NCBI GenBank assembly: GCA_043228905.1
Contig: JBHGNT010000018.1
Span: forward strand, 4,464,001 to 4,528,000
Length of the DNA stretch: 64,000 bases
Direction of reading: 5' to 3'
Origin: Azolla caroliniana
Lineage: Eukaryota; Plantae; Polypodiophyta
The notes beneath the pieces were generated by a model. It had not been told where the DNA came from and ran no database searches. It saw only the letters and a program-made list of their open reading frames with translations. A program made the position numbers and the translations under genes. How positions within the stretch are numbered: position 1 is the first letter of the stretch; the number at the start of each line of letters is the position of its first letter. Below are positions 42,402-54,964 of the stretch, in pieces.

Positions 42402-42560
42402 TCTCTACAGGATCAGATTAGGTTCTCAAAGCGAAGACACAGCGAAATACAGAAGAGGAACAGTAAGGCACAGAGAAGAAAAAGAGATAGATAGATAAAT
42501 ATATAGAGAGACAGAACGGAAGAAGAAGAAGAAGAAGAAGAAGAAGAAGAAGAAGAAGAA
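42160..42560. repeat. (GATA)n, (TC)n, (GA)n, (GAA)n block upstream of the GPT-like gene
   Basis: Directly visible; (GA)n at 42349-42398. Confidence 0.92.
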
Positions 42561-42829
42561 ACCCATTAACGAGAAAAGAACAGAGAGCAAAACCCTTCAC
42601 GAATTATTCGGCATGAAACAAAGTAGTGGATCTACCAGAGGAGCCCCCACATTTGGATGCGTGCAGAAAACAAAGCAACTAGCGTTTCTGCAACGATTTA
42701 GGGTTTTCTAACAAAGTTAGGGTTTCTCGACAAATTTAAGATTTTCACAAGGATCTAGGAAGGAATCTCTTTCGATGAAATAGGGTTGGTTGCTTTTTAC
42801 TATTTCTCCTTTTCATTATCTCACTGAAA

Positions 42830-45800
42830 ATGACCCGGCCAATTGGCAAATCTCCTGCTCGTAACAAATCTGTACAATCTTCAAACCTCCAATTGGATGA
42901 GGTCTCGCTAATTGATGTCGGGGCAGAAGATGATAATCTCTTATCAGGAAAAGGAAACTTTGGATCCAGATCTAGACCAGGTACATATTGTTTTAGATTC
43001 ATATTTATGTTTTTCAGAATGCAAAGGTACAGCTTGTAGAGTAACCATATAGATATCGAAGATCAACGCTGAAATAAAAAGACGAGAAATTTTTGATGGG
43101 GTTTTCTCGCTGAGCACATTATTGTGGATTGCACATCGGATGATCACCTTTATCAATTAGAATATCTTGCTCAGCAAGATGATCTTAATTATAGAATACC
43201 CACTTGGGAAGATCAAATTTCTTACTAGGAAGATAGTGGATATTTGATGGGTTCTTCCTTCTGGGCACAATTACGTGGGTAAACTGGTTTCTTCTATCCC
43301 AGTGCAATGAAATGACCTCTAGAATACACATAGGACAAAAGGGAGTTAGTATGCAGAAAATAAAAGGGTTCTGATGGGTTTCTTATTGCCAAGTGCAATA
43401 TTATAATTTCTGGACTATTTAAAATGCATAATACTGAGAAAGATTCTAAGAAAAGGTCCATTGAATTTATGAATAAATTTTTAGATTTCAACGATGCAAG
43501 AAATCTAATAACTTGTTTGCACGTGAAAGATTATTGCTTCATCCTGAAATATAGGTTTTGGAACCCACATCTTAGTAGATAAATTTTAGGATTAGAAAAT
43601 AGGCATGTATACCCATACCTTTCCCTATGTCTGAATCCCATTCATCCCCATCCCAATTATAAAATAGAACAAAATACTTCAAATTTAGAGGAATCTGGTG
43701 GAAAATTTAGTATGAAACCCTTGTATGTGGCTGGAATTTCACTGTTTAGGTGTATTTTCTGTTCTTTTGGGCATTAAAAATAGGGCATTATGTAATTTAC
43801 CCAAAATCCACAGTAATTTAGCAGAAAAATTACATATTTTTCAGGAAACCAATGTAATATGTTAGGAATCTGCATATAATTGTCATCCCCTTCCCAAGTT
43901 TGAGAATTGTTTATTGACTAGATAAGCGAAGCGGGGTGATTTTCACTATCTTGCATGGGATGATGGGACTTGATTAGAACGTTTTCATTTTTTTTCTATT
44001 AGGCTAGTTTCCTTTTAGTTCACGAGACACCTGTTTATTTTACATGGCCCATATGCCCCTTGCATTAGGAAAATATATATCTATGTGGATTTGCTCATGA
44101 GAGTGTCTTTACCCTCCATAATTCTTCTAGGAATCGGCTATGGTTCGGTTTGGGCTTAACCAATTTAGCATTTTCCAAATCAAACCGGTTTATAAGATTC
44201 CAAACCTGAACCAAATCAGTTAATCCTGAACCGGTTAGGTGCCAGGAGGACAGGTGCCACTCCTATGAGCTTTTGCTGCTATTTATAAATGTAGCACAAC
44301 TTTGAAAGCATTGTTTTCAGGTTATGTGGATGTTTCTGTATTTAGCCCTATTCCCAATCAGTATACATAAATAACCTAAGTTGGTCTCTCATCCTGAACT
44401 TAAGCTCTTTGTTCCCTTGGATACATGCCATTTGATACAAACATTGTGTTTAATAAGTAGGCTCATGGCAGAAAATGAGGTTTTGGGATTGCCTTTTGAA
44501 TTATACATTCTTGGATATGAAATTGTCTTTTAAGTGGGCAACATGGCACAAGAGATCAAGCGTGATGGTGCATCCTAAAATGTTCTCACATCCTATAGAA
44601 CCTAAATACCACCCTTGTCTAGCTGTAGAAGGTTCAATCTTCCCTCTTGGATTGTAGGTGCCACTATTTGGATAATATTACATCAACCATCATCCTACTG
44701 GATCCAACTGAATCCAAAACGTGACTCCGAAACAAGGGAGTCACTCGGTATCCATTGAAGAAATAGGCCTACATTTGATTTACTATGAAACGTGAACCTC
44801 AGATCACAATAACTGTCTAACTAAAACACCTGACCGTGACTCCGTGTAAAAAGAATCTGTGTGCGTATGCTTGTCTGTATGCTAGAGTATCTCATTGAGA
44901 AAACCACCTTCCTTTGATGTTCTGTGACTTTTGATATGCTTAATTCTGACAACTGAACAGCTCCATCCCCTTTCAAAACAAGTGGTTCCAAACTTCTGGA
45001 ATCTATCCAAGAAGACCAACCACAGTGTGGAGCAGTGAATGAAGAGATGCAAGAGGATCTCCCTTCTCTATCATTGCAAGGCCCCACTCCTAGTAAGAAG
45101 AAGAAGAAGAAAACTGGCTTCAACCTCAGGAAAAGTTTGGCTTGGAACAATGCCTTTTTTACAGAAGAAGGTAAGTCACTGAATCCATATTCCCTCCCTT
45201 CAACATTGTTTTCATGTTGAGTTGCTCAGATTTTGTTATGTATTTTTTGACAGGTGTACTGGATCCTGATGAACTTGCCCTTGTAAACCAAACCTTCAAA
45301 AAACCAGTGACTCCAAAACAAGGGAGTCACAAGAAGCCTGCACTGGCATCAAAATTCTTGAATTCCTCTGGGATACCGAAGATGAGTTTTTCTCCAATTC
45401 GTGGCCATAAATCAATAGATAGCAAACAAAATGCGTCTTGTGACCACAGTCCTTTGAGCAGATCTGGGACCATATCAAATAGGCCAGAGATGCAAAATGA
45501 TACTGCAAAAGGTTTTAATCATGTTTCAAAATCTGACCTTTCCTGAAGTATATCAATAATAAGTTTCATCAGGCCAAAACTAACTTTGTAATTAGCAGGG
45601 TCCTTTGCAACTAGGAATGGAGCTACCAAATTGCAACAGGATCCTGTTAAAGGAGTATGCATCTCTTCCAAACATTTCAAATTGAATATTACTTACATCA
45701 AATACTTCAGTCTTATACGTTTAAGTGAAACAAATACAGGGTAGATCTATGTTTTCAATTCGTGCCGAAGCTAATGAGAAAAAGAAATCACCTTTGAGCA

Positions 45801-48593
45801 AGCAATACCTTGAGACTAAACTGAAAAACACAAGTGGTTCTCCATCGGCAGGTATTCAATCTTGATCTTTTAAAGTTTTTTCATTAGATTATTACTGTAG
45901 TTCCATCTTGCTTTTGTGATGTTGGATTCGCATTCCTCCACATAGTAGGCTTGTTTGGTTTCAAACAGGCAATGAAAACCCAAAGACTAGGCTAGAACAA
46001 ACCAATATGCAGAGTTTTTCCAACACAATCTCCTCTGCATCAAAAAGGATGAAAGACAGGCTTGGAATGGTCTTATCAGGTTTGTAATTAATTTCCTCAT
46101 AACGGTGAAATATTGAGTTACCTCATGTGATTGATAAAATGTATGACATCTGTTTTAGGTTTGGGTATGGGGCATTCAAAAGCTGAGACGGCCTTGATGC
46201 CCAAAGATGATACAGTGGTGCCTTCACCTAATGCAATGAACCAAGGTTATGCAGAAAATGCCAGGCTGCCGCGATGTTACTCTCAGTTGTCACATGAGAG
46301 GTTTGCAAGATCAACAACATCTGATAATCCTACAATGGCCAATGCCCATATGTCTGCAGCATCATATATGGCAAATTTGACGAAAAAATCGATAGACAAA
46401 GGCCGAGCTACGTCTCTTGGGGATGGAGTACCTTGCAATGGAGAATCATGTGAGAAGATCACAAGTCAGGCACAACCTACCGCTGAAGCATTCTTTTCTC
46501 AGAACCACACTATTGCCGATTCGTGTATCCCACAAACTGATATTGCTAGAGCGAAACCATCTGGTTTACGGATGCCATCACCAAAGTTGGGATTTTTTGA
46601 CAAGGTATGTATGTCCTCTCTGTCATGTGTAGACAAGTGGTCACGGAGTTCGGATCCACCATCTTAACTATAGACTTTTATAGCACTCTATAGCCTAGAA
46701 TAGAGTAGTGATAGCTTTCATTTACCACCCAATACTGTTAGCTATAGTTATAAACCCAAGACGTAAGACACATTACACCCATCAACACTAGGCTGATATC
46801 CTATACTAGTCATCCACTGAAGTGAATTCTAGGGCTGTAAATCCGTCTTAGTCATGTATATACTACATACGTGATTTCTGAATCCTGAGTCATTGGACAC
46901 CTTAACTGCCTTGTTAACAAAATTTTCCTTGCAGGCTAAACCATTAAGTGCACCTCAGATTACAAGTAATGCTCTAAACTATGGGAAAAACATGGATTCC
47001 AAACGAATGAACGTGTATGGGAGTGGTCCACAACCAGGACGGAGTGCTAGCTGCAGGCTCTTATCTGAGAGTAGCAGTTTAGCTAATCATGCTAAACAGA
47101 GCTCTCTGAAGCCTCCTCTGTCGTCGACAATAAAATCAGCCCATCAACATTCAGAGATAGGAGGAAGAATGAAAGGGTCTCATTCAGGTTCTGGAACTCA
47201 CTCCACAATTGCCTCTAGAATTCCATCTATACTCCATGTAGGATCAACAAATGGGTCATCTTTAGTACCAAGTGGAGTTCCTTCTCAAAGGAATCAACAA
47301 GAAAACTTGGCATCTTTGATGAATCATGAGATCTCATCTAATCAAAGCCACAATGGGTTCTCCTCTAACACCACCACCGTAAACAATTGTGCAATAGCCA
47401 TGGCAAACAAAGCGTCTTGCCACCATAGTAAAGTAGAGGCGAAATGTATCAAAATAGAAGAGAAATGTGTTAGAAAAGCAGAAGAGAAATGTATAATCAA
47501 AGCAGAAGAGAAATGTATGAAAGCTGAAGAAGAATGCATCTGCAAAATTGAAGAGAAGTATACCAACGCTGAGGCAAACTGTATCAAAGTTGAGGAAAAA
47601 TCTATTAGACCCAAAGAGCAGTGTATTATCAAAGCAGAGGAGAAATCTATTAAAACTGAAGAGAAATGCACGTTCAAAGCTGAAAAGAAATATACGCGGC
47701 CTGATGAGAAATCTTTTAAACCTGAAGAGAAATGTTTTAAAGCTGAGGAGAAATCTATTAAACCTGATGAGAAATATGTAACGAAAGCTGAAGAGAAATA
47801 TGTAACGAAATCGGAAGAGAAATGTATGAAAGCAGAGGAGAAATCTATAAAAGCTGAAGAGAAATGTATAATAAGCTCCGGCAATGTGTTGCAGTCGAAG
47901 AAGAATGCATTAAATGTACCTCCAGCTGTGAAGAAAGGAGTCACTACACTCACCCTGCCATCAGCAACTATAATTTCCTCTGGCCAAGAGAATGCGATAA
48001 TGACAACATACAAGTTTCAGGAACAGGAGCTCTCCAAGCCCCTCATGAAATCCGAGAATTCATATGAAATTGATACAGAGGCAAGTGTTTTTTTCTTTGT
48101 TTAGTATGATTTTTTTGGAGTTTTCATTGAATGATTAGTGATGGTTCTTTCTTTTTATATTCAGGTGTGGCCTGAAGTGAAAAGTGGTGCTGTTCAACAT
48201 TCTCCAACCAACAAAGAGCCTCCTAAGCATGGTCCATGGTCTCCGGTTAGTCTGTCTAAATATGCTCGTATCTTTGTGGGAATTCTCATCTATATTGCAT
48301 TGCACCCTTTACAGTAGAAACCTTTTCTAGCATTTGCGTACCATTAAAAATTTAAAATGCATGAATACAATGGTTTTTCCATGATCAAAATGTATACGTT
48401 TCTTTCCTTCTCCATTTGTGTGTAGAAAACAAATTTGAGCCAAGGCATTTGGAATATATATATATATACAGATAGAGAAAGATGGAGTTGATTATTTGTG
48501 TACCTGTGGTTTGTCCAGGTTAAACGATATGGGCAGGAGTTAGGCCCATTTGATTGTACCAAGTATACAAACCCTGGGATTGCACCCTGCTGA
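42830..48593 (+). CDS. GPT1/GPT2-like (growing plus-end tracking) microtubule-associated family protein, 10 exons, ~881 aa, with internal KAEEKC repeat
   Basis: Exons 42830-42980, 44961-45170, 45254-45511, 45599-45654, 45740-45851, 45969-46079, 46159-46604, 46935-48080, 48165-48245, 48519-48593; 2646 nt in frame, one GC-AG intron. Family motifs SLIDVGAEDDNLL, NLRKSLAWNNAFFTEEGVLDPDEL, KPSGLRMPSPKLGFFD and GPWSPVKR..QELGPFDCTKY. Family name is from recall. Confidence 0.82.
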
Positions 48594-48940
48594 ATATGGT
48601 GTTTTTCCATTAAAAGGTAGTGGAAGATCTTGTATTATTTCATTGGGATACCATCCTGCTTATAGTGTTAGAGTGGAAAAGCACACATGTTATTATAGGA
48701 TGTTTTTTGAGAACCTTTGTAACTGGTTTACATGCTTGCCAACTCATAATCAAAGTTGCACCATGTTGAATATGGTGTTTTTCCATTAAGAGGTAGTGGA
48801 AGATCTTGTATTACTTCATTGGAATTTGGGATACCATCCTGCTTATAGTGCTAGAGTTTAAAAGCACACATGTTATTGTATGATGTTTGTTAAGAACCTT
48901 TGTAACTGGTTACATTCTTGCCAACTCATAATCAAAGTTG
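48589..48940 (+). repeat. ~175-bp tandem duplication starting at the GPT-like stop codon (3'UTR)
   Basis: TGAATATGGTGTTTTTCCATTAA...CCAACTCATAATCAAAGTTG occurs twice (from ~48591 and ~48767); a third partial copy lies near 49462-49497. Confidence 0.9.
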
Positions 48941-50144
48941 GTTCCACTTCATGTTTCTGGTGTGTGACTCTTGCTTTTCTTCACCTTACATATTGGCTCA
49001 TCGATGACTTCAACTTTGTAAATAAAAAATAATTTATCTTCTATGAGCTCCATTTTAGATGTTGGTTCATCATCAATCAATGATTTCAGCACTGAAGAGC
49101 GGACTGATTCAACATAATTTCTGTCTTCTATATTTCAGGATTTTAAAAGCATGGTGATATTTTGGGAATTTTGTGAAAAGTAATGGCTAAATCCTCTGAT
49201 AAGAAAAGATCCCAGGGACATTAGTGAATGAAGCTATAAAGCTTACTAATTTTCCAGCATTAAGCTTGCTAAATCTGTTGTGTTGATTCCAGAATATGAA
49301 ATACCACTGTGGGAACTTGGAATGAAATTAGAAAAGGCGAATGTGAATGAATTACCATTTGGATTGTCAAAGTTGGGATGCTAAACGACAAACTTTCTTG
49401 CTTTCTCATATAGGACTTCATTCTATTATAATCCTAAATTAAAACAAGAAAAGCTGTCAAGATTACTTCATTGGGGTACCATCATGCGTATAGTGCACTA
49501 GGTTGTTAGTTCTTATTATCCTCGTTTTCTTCTATATCAAGATTTAGTCTCTCATTCCAGCTCATTCCAGTAATATTCTTCAACTGGTTGACCAAATTTA
49601 CAAATGAATTACAAATTTTCATTTACATACATTAGACATTCTTTTTATTTTGTTTCTTCGGCTGGTAACCAAATTTATATCTTTAACCTTGGTTAAGAGT
49701 GTCAAAATGATTAGAGACATCGTGTTATGGTGCCTCTCATCTTTTTTTTTTATTTTATTTTTACAAATGATGTCTTCCATCTTCAAACTACATGTAGATT
49801 CCCTTGCAAAAATGTGCATCGTCTAATTGAAATACTTTTTATAGAACAGTTACCTTAATAGACACAATAGACACATTGTGATATATCTCTTTTTCAGACT
49901 ATGTACATAAAAAGATAGTCACCAAAAGATTCAACTGCAAAAATGTGCTTCAGTTTATTAAAACACTTTTACAGAACTGGACGTGAGAGAACACTTTTAC
50001 AGTTCAGAGACTGACAGAGCTCGCCACAACAATTACCCACTTTTTACCTTAAACTTTTATAGTAGTAGGTGTTAAATAACTTTTCAAGACAAAACTCTTT
50101 TAAGTATGAGAAAACTCATTTATAAAAACAAAAGACCCATGCAT

Positions 50145-50864
50145 TCATTCATTTTTTCTCAATGGATATGAATCACAATAGGGGGTAATTGACATGCTTT
50201 TGGATCGCCCATGCAAAAGCTTCTTGTATTCTTCACTACTAGGGAATTCATCTGCAAATCCTTCACACGCCTTCACAATAATTTCATCGACAAAAGTGGT
50301 TCTACCAGATTCAGTTACACCCCCATCGACAACTGGATTCAGTTGTCCTTGAATAATGGACTTGTGCCCATTTCCAAAGCAACTTTTGTATATAGTAGAT
50401 GTTCTTGTTGGGCCAGTTGGACTGGCTTCGATGCTATCTACAGCATATTCCTCTTGATCAATAGTTACATTATAATCTTCTTCCTCATCTGATGCGATGC
50501 TCCCAGCTGTAACTGAGCCCTCCACCTGTATCTAGGAGTGAGAAAGCCATATACCATGACTGCCGAAAAAGAAAAACAGACAAATATATGAAAATGGTGA
50601 AGCAATATATTTCTGTTTTTTACCTCAGCCTCAAGCTGTTGATCTGTTTCCTGATTCTCTTCCTCACTATCAAACTCAATCATGTCATGTTCTTCATCGC
50701 TCTCTGAGGCTCTATTGTCAAGCACAAGCTGCAGAAAATGTTGCTAGTTAATTTCACGATGAACCTATAATATTACACACACAAGTTACCAGAACATCCC
50801 TCTGCAGTATATTTTGGGGGTATTCTGATAATCTTTGAAAATGGAAAGACCCAATACATCAGTC

Positions 50865-50927
<63 letters not shown>

Positions 50928-53900
50928 TCAGAACAAATGATTATAATGATTCTAGAACAATGAACCTCTTTTTCAGTTCCTTCGTGTAGACGGGGAGAAC
51001 TTGAACAAGACCCATATCGGCTACTCCGATGACTACCTGGATACTCATGGATATCCCCCTTGGAGCTCAAACCATCTATACTGTCACCGTAGCTCGTACC
51101 CCCAGTATCATTTTGCCAAGCACTGAGGCCGAAGTTGCCGAATTGAAGATTCACCGGTCTTACTTCCAAAGGCTCATAAGAGCACACATTTTCACTTCCA
51201 CTATCATTAATAGTTGGCTTTTCTCCATTGGGTTGGTTCATGTCAACAGACCAAGTTTTTGCAATTGAACCATCAGTGTTCAATAATGCCATAAGATGAC
51301 GCGACGATCCACTTCGGTGAATAATCTGAAGCATTCCCTTTGATCCCAAAGAGTTTGCTGCCCTCTGATTCTTGTACTCGTCATCAACCATCTTAACTGT
51401 GTTTGAGACTTCATCATAGTATGGTTCTCCTCCCTCTTTCCTTCGCAAGCATGCAAAAATGGTGGCATGTATCGACGCCACACTCTGATCCATATTTGTG
51501 TTGTTTACTTTTGGGATTGCGTACTTATCTGCCTTTTTGCATTGATAATCTTGTATTGCTCTGATATTACGAATATACTTCACGTACTTGTTCTTTGCTG
51601 GGTCCAAGGTCATGTATTTAGCACGAACAGCAAACCTCTCCAGATGTTTCTCTTCATTTGCGATATAGATCATAAATGGAATAATTGTTGGATGCTTTTT
51701 CATTAGTTCAATCTGTGAAAAAATGACTTGGACGGTATAAACAATTGCAGGAATTCACAATCTTATGAAACCCTCGAAGTATAGAGACAATGGGCTAATC
51801 CCCAACTTTATTAACTTTTAGTTTTTCTTTTGTGAATATCATTAATAAGATCTTAATTCTTGTTTAAATTCAAGGTAATCTTTAAAAACCCCTGATCATA
51901 AAACGATATCCAAATCATTACAAAAGAACTTGAAAATAGCCATTTGACTAACTTGAAACTAAATGATATTGTTTCTTGGTCTCAATTTCACAATGTTCGA
52001 TTACTGGAAAAGTCTGATGTTACCACTGATAACAATAATAGATACATACCACAAAGTCCAAGCTCAAATGGACACCTTCAACAATAACTGATTCACATTT
52101 CTGCTCCCATGAAGAAATCACACGATCAAGACTATCAATAACCATCTCACTCTGAGCCTTATATCCCTCAATGGCCATTGTTTTAGCACTCACGATAGCT
52201 TCCCCAGCACTAAAAACAATACCCGATTCATTGATTCGAGATTTCCCTTTAAGATCCAGATCTGCATTCATGGTTGAGGGAGACTCCTTTTCTGGTTGCC
52301 ATCCATTAGGATTTCCTTTTCCAGACATTTTCTTTGCCAACTTTTTCATCTTTGCTTCCGCGACTGCAACTGGATCGAGATGTTCTCCAGCAGAATATGT
52401 GGAAGCATATAATAGAGGATTCTCCCGCTCATCAACAAAGCTCCTCATCATGTGCCGGATAGAATCGGTTGATACAACAGTTGTAATCCCAAGCCTGCTA
52501 GCCTAGCATGTGAAGTATATATATGTATAAATATTAGCAGTAATTCTTAGCTATAGCTGAGGCAGAGAGATATTTTATCCATTCACAATGTGAAGATTTT
52601 ATTATGTATTCTGGAAGCACTTAGCCTATTACCAGCAAAGCTGACAAAGTCGATTTTCCACACCCACTTGTGCCACATAGTAAGATTGTCACAGATGTCC
52701 GTTTCTCTCTAATCCTGGCATTCACAAAACAGAATTCCAAAACTCAAGCATATGGTAAAGAGAAAACAATTCGGAGTGTACCTATGATAGTTGATGGCTA
52801 AAAGAAAAACTTGAGATATTATTGATCAACATTGGGATAAAAACTGTACAACATAAAGCAACATGTAAAACAACATTATGCACACACATCTACAACTTAC
52901 ATTACTAGAGAGCAATTTCAATATGAAATGACATGGCAAAAAGGAAATGTAGTGTAAAAAATGCTTAAAGGTGCATCTAAAGAAATACCAAATGCTTTTT
53001 TAATGGAAGTTATGTCACCTCATGCATTCATATGCAGATTCCAAGTGAATGCTTAAAAGAAATTGAACTCATCATTCTAAATACCAGACAATACGAACAA
53101 AACAAAGCTTCCATCATAACTCCTTTAGAGATGCATCATGATTAAACAGCATACAAAAAGGGTTATATGGAATTTCTAAACTTACTTGCAAGCTAATGCA
53201 AAGTCAAGCCTCTGGTTAGGACCAAAATAGCGGTATTGAGACATTGCATCACAAACAACATTCATGAAGTAGGCCCTGTTTAGGACAAGAGTACACCGTC
53301 GCTTTTTCACATCATAGAGCTTCTTGGTGATTTCCTTCAGTTGGATCTCATTCTCCTCCGCAGTTTTCTTTATCTCTTCAGGTGAATAATCACGAGCATT
53401 GTCTATATCTGAATCTGAAAGATGTCGAGAGAAGTAATCTCTCCTTGAGAACTCTCCTTCCTTGAAGTCGGTTAAGGTGGATTCATTCTTATCTTGTACC
53501 AATACCTCGAAAACTCGCTTGCTAATCTGATCGGCCACAAATTAAGAAAGAGTGTGTGAATTCGTGTATATACATCAGAAAACATATCAATGCAACCCAT
53601 TGATCATCTTTGCAATCTAAGCATAAAGAATGTGCGCACATACACATGTGTGAGAAAAAAATCTACATGAAAACCAATTATATCCTATCTTAAAGAGAAA
53701 CGTATGCAGATTTGACAAAGGAAGTGATCAAATTCCAAATGGGATGTAGTTGTCCTGTTTGATCTAAAAAGACATGCGATTGATGCACATTTAAAGAGGA
53801 ATATAATCCAGATTAATAGGTGATATTTGATCACGTCCAATCTAAAAAGGAATAAAACAAATGTAAAAATACGATGCATTTGAAAATAGAACATGATCAA

Positions 53901-54193
53901 ATGGTGAGGCTAGATTTGAACGCATTTTCTCTAGAAACAAATGTAAGGATGCTTATATTTTAGCAAGGAGAAGGAGAAGATCTTACCTTGAACGCATGTC
54001 TTGTTTTGCAACCAATAAGTTGTAGTGCACTCTGCAGAACAGGGCGAGTATATCTTAAGGACCCAAATGAATTACAGTGATTTCTTCTTCGTCTTCGCAT
54101 TCCTTCTTCTTCTTGTTTCTCTGATAAACTCTCATCTGATTCCACATCTCGCACAATAATATAAAGCAATTTTGGCCTGTCTGCCATCATCAT
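50145..54193 (-). CDS. LPA1: P-loop NTPase domain protein LPA1 homolog (2-phosphoglycerate kinase-related, low phytic acid 1), 7 exons, ~771 aa
   Basis: Exons (minus) 54193-53987, 53526-53186, 52714-52633, 52502-52050, 51712-50966, 50728-50624, 50525-50145; GT-AG, 2316 nt. Motifs [25 protein letters not shown], Walker [38 protein letters not shown]. Confidence 0.93.
50868..50924. repeat. (CA)n microsatellite in LPA1 intron 5
   Basis: Directly visible; explains the CVCVCV tail of the read-through ORF 50786..51703. Confidence 0.95.
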
Positions 54194-54964
54194 AGCCGCT
54201 CAACGAACTTACCTAAAAATTAACCCATGGTAGAAAGAAATAGAGGAGGTTAAAGAAAAGTCACAAACATGATGGAGCAAGGAGAAGAAAGTTTACAGAG
54301 AGAGAGAGAGAGAGACAAATAAAAATATTGCAATTTTATTTTTTTTAACGCCATGAAATAGACCATCAGAATCTCAAAAACCCATCATGGAAAACAGAGG
54401 AATGAGACATGTGGGCGATGTGAAGGAGAGGGAGAAACACAGAGGAGAGAAGAAGAAGAAGAAGAAGAAGAACAGAGAAAGAGAAGAAGAGATTGTTTTG
54501 CTTACCTTGTAGAGATTGAGAGAGAGGAGGAGGAGGAGGAGGAAGAAGAAGAAGAAGAAGAAGAAAGGAGAAGGAGCAGAAGAAAGGAAGAGATGATGAA
54601 TTGCTTCTTGTATTGAGAGAAGAGGAGGAAGAGTGAGAGAGGGGTATTGTCATCTGTTGCAGTAGTAGTAGTAGTAGTAGTAGTAGTAAAAATGGTAGCG
54701 CCGCCATAGCCAAAGAGCTTAATAGAGAGAGAGAGAGAGAGACCTTGAAGCCCCCCCAGAAGGCTCAAAATTTCTTCTCTCTTCTTTTCTTTCTTCTTTC
54801 TTCTTTCTTCTTTCTTCTTCTTCTTCTTCTTCTTCTTCTTCTTCTTTCTTCTGAACTCTTTATTACTTTTCCTTCTATGTATTTTGTTTTAATCTCATAC
54901 ATATTTTTTTTTTTGTCTTTGCTCCTCCTTGACCTTGAGTAAAAAGAAAAGCCTCCTCATTTCA

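Noticed and set aside
44140-44240. MITE-like GGTTCGGTT/AACCGG motifs in GPT-like intron 1
   Set aside because: No definable terminal inverted repeats or TSD.
47342-48013. 223-aa antisense ORF (HFSSA repeats)
   Set aside because: Mirror of the KAEEKC repeat on the coding strand; no independent evidence.
50790-50801. 12-nt micro-exon candidate in LPA1 intron 5 (cag|AGGGATGTTCTG|gtaac)
   Set aside because: Frame-preserving but not needed for family alignment; no transcript evidence available.
2188-54193. Mineral/phosphate homeostasis cluster (NIPA9, CTL1, LPA1)
   Set aside because: Genes are interspersed with unrelated ORC6, BPC and GPT-like genes and share no pathway evidence; would need conserved synteny and co-expression.
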